Source: a virus
Taxonomy: Duplodnaviria; Caudoviricetes
Direction: 5' to 3' (one strand)
Length of the DNA stretch: 35,186 bases
IMG/VR virus record: IMGVR_UViG_3300028364_000083
Location: 1-35,186 of that record
Both the position numbers and the translations under genes were made by a program. Positions 33,990 to 35,186 of this stretch are shown one piece after another (position 1 is the stretch's first letter; the number at the start of each line of letters is the position of its first letter). A model generated the notes under the pieces. It did not search any database, was not told the DNA's origin, and worked only from the letters and a program-made list of their open reading frames with translations.

Positions 33990-34474
33990 GTAACGTATTT
34001 TTTATTGGAGACTTGCACTTCGGACATAAAAATATCCATAAGTTTCGTTCAGGGTTAAACCTTGAAAACGAAGAACAACACCGAGAGTTCATTATTGAGA
34101 ACTGGAACAACACCGTAGGTAAAAGGGACGTAGTTTGGGTTCTAGGCGATGCAGTGTTTTCCTCAGAACACCTGTGCCATATAGACAGGCTACTGGGGAC
34201 TAAGTTCCTGATCTTAGGGAACCACGACCTTGGAGCAAAAGAAATGTTAAGCTCATTTGATAAGGTACAGGGGTTTCAGAAATACAAAGGTTTCTGGCTA
34301 AGTCACTGTCCTATACATCCTGAGGAGCTAAGGGGTAAACCTAACATTCACGGGCATGTACACTCTAACACAATACAAGATAAAAGATACTTCAACGCTA
34401 GTTGTGAGAACATTAACTACAAGCCTGTAAGTATCGAAGAAGTAAGGCAACAGACAGGAGGATTCGATGGGTGA
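33986..34474 (+). CDS. Calcineurin-like metallophosphoesterase
   Basis: GDLHFGH, LGD, GNHD, SH.P and HGHVH motifs. The likely start is GTG 33986 (GTGA overlap). Confidence 0.9.
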   Translation: MSNVFFIGDLHFGHKNIHKFRSGLNLENEEQHREFIIENWNNTVGKRDVVWVLGDAVFSSEHLCHIDRLLGTKFLILGNHDLGAKEMLSSFDKVQGFQKYKGFWLSHCPIHPEELRGKPNIHGHVHSNTIQDKRYFNASCENINYKPVSIEEVRQQTGGFDG

Positions 34475-34516
34475 TTTTATAGCAAAACCTGTACACAGAG
34501 CTATTCTGGAGGGCAA

Positions 34517-34750
34517 GTGGAAGGAACTAAAGTACGTATAATAGGTACTCCTGAAGGGTGCTGTGGTGTACTTCAGTTACACTGGACAGGCGTTGTTAAG
34601 GAATACATTTTTGACAACGAAAGACCTACGATAGTTGTACTTAAAGATAACTCCCTTCATTGGGAATCAGACTTAGAGGTAATAAATGACGAAAGAAAAG
34701 ACATGGGACCTAGTACAAGTTACTCAAGAAGACTTCAAATACAAGGTTAG
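34517..34750 (+). CDS. Hypothetical protein (start uncertain)
   Basis: 77 aa from GTG. A strong-RBS 24-codon ORF (34467-34541) overlaps its start in another frame. Confidence 0.45.
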   Translation: MEGTKVRIIGTPEGCCGVLQLHWTGVVKEYIFDNERPTIVVLKDNSLHWESDLEVINDERKDMGPSTSYSRRLQIQG

Positions 34751-34916
34751 TAAAGAAAACATAGTTGCAGTTCAACAGCCTCACGAGCTTGACCCTGACT
34801 ATCAAGATACTCATTACTACACTGACGACATAGAAGCTGTGTACTTAGGAACAATCAGGATAGGTAATGGGACTGTAGTTCACTTAGTACCCGTACACGA
34901 GTTCACCCTTAGCTAA
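34686..34916 (+). CDS. Hypothetical protein
   Basis: 76 aa with RBS GAGGT and a TAATG overlap with the next gene. Confidence 0.7.
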   Translation: MTKEKTWDLVQVTQEDFKYKVSKENIVAVQQPHELDPDYQDTHYYTDDIEAVYLGTIRIGNGTVVHLVPVHEFTLS

Positions 34917-35186
34917 TGCGTTTAAAGCAATCTGAACTTAAGGCATACAGGGATCGTATGCTTAAGGAGGACGGCCGTTGTAGGATATGTGGACACGGTA
35001 TACAGCCAGAGGAAGCAGTCCTAGACCACGACCACGAGACAGGCCACATAAGGTCAGTACTGCATAGGAACTGTAATCAGATAGAGGGCAGGGTCCTTAG
35101 TTGGTGTAAAAGGAATGGTAAAGGTGTACACCCTTTGGTTGTACTTAAAGGTATCCGAGACCACTGGCAAAAGGATTACTCCTCCC
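34916..35186 (+). CDS. Endonuclease VII-like (His-Me finger) Holliday junction resolvase, truncated at the window edge
   Basis: Not in the ORF track. Reads MRLKQSELKAYRDRML..GRCRICGH....EAVLDHDHETGHIRSVLHRNCNQIEG. Confidence 0.88.
   Translation, partial: MRLKQSELKAYRDRMLKEDGRCRICGHGIQPEEAVLDHDHETGHIRSVLHRNCNQIEGRVLSWCKRNGKGVHPLVVLKGIRDHWQKDYSS

Noticed and set aside
17594-34516. Minus-strand and nested alternate-frame ORFs in the early/replication arm (e.g. 17594, 19565, 25350, 29562, 30343, 31131, 28015, 31172)
   Set aside because: They overlap coherent plus-strand genes or the structured leader and show no motifs or coupling.
1-35186. Prophage or temperate lifestyle, phage RNA polymerase, endolysin, introns or inteins
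   Set aside because: No integrase, repressor, RNAP or recognisable endolysin is in the window, and polymerase, terminase and helicase are uninterrupted. The missing functions may lie outside the window.

Overview
The window is most of the genome of a lytic podovirus with T7-like replication proteins but no RNA polymerase gene in view. Its gene order resembles the RIO-1/CW02/PA11/VpV262 (Zobellviridae-like) phages. The left part (1-15847, minus strand) is the late operon: holin, tail spike, small and large terminase, portal, scaffold, major capsid, decoration, tail tube/nozzle and internal virion proteins. The right part (17981-35186, plus strand) holds small early genes, a gamma-glutamyl/amidoligase operon (GGCT, class II GATase, two COOH-NH2 ligases, ATP-grasp), primase-helicase, PolA, an SSB-like protein, 5'-3' exonuclease, metallophosphoesterase and endonuclease VII. 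The arms diverge from a ~2.1 kb gene-poor interval (15848-17980) that probably contains the physical genome ends. That interval is the most unusual part. It carries matches to operators of many unrelated host regulators (five in-phase Met boxes, a correctly spaced ARG-box pair, two divergent sigma54 motifs, IHF, a Zur-like box and a near-perfect LexA box). It also has two rrn-type boxA antiterminators followed by ~900 nt of densely base-paired, apparently untranslated sequence. Four sigmaE-like promoters (TGAACT-N16/17-GTCNNA) occur across the window, three followed by TTAAATA-type AT-rich tracts with ~11-bp phasing. All calls come from reading motifs by eye; no searches or folding programs were run.
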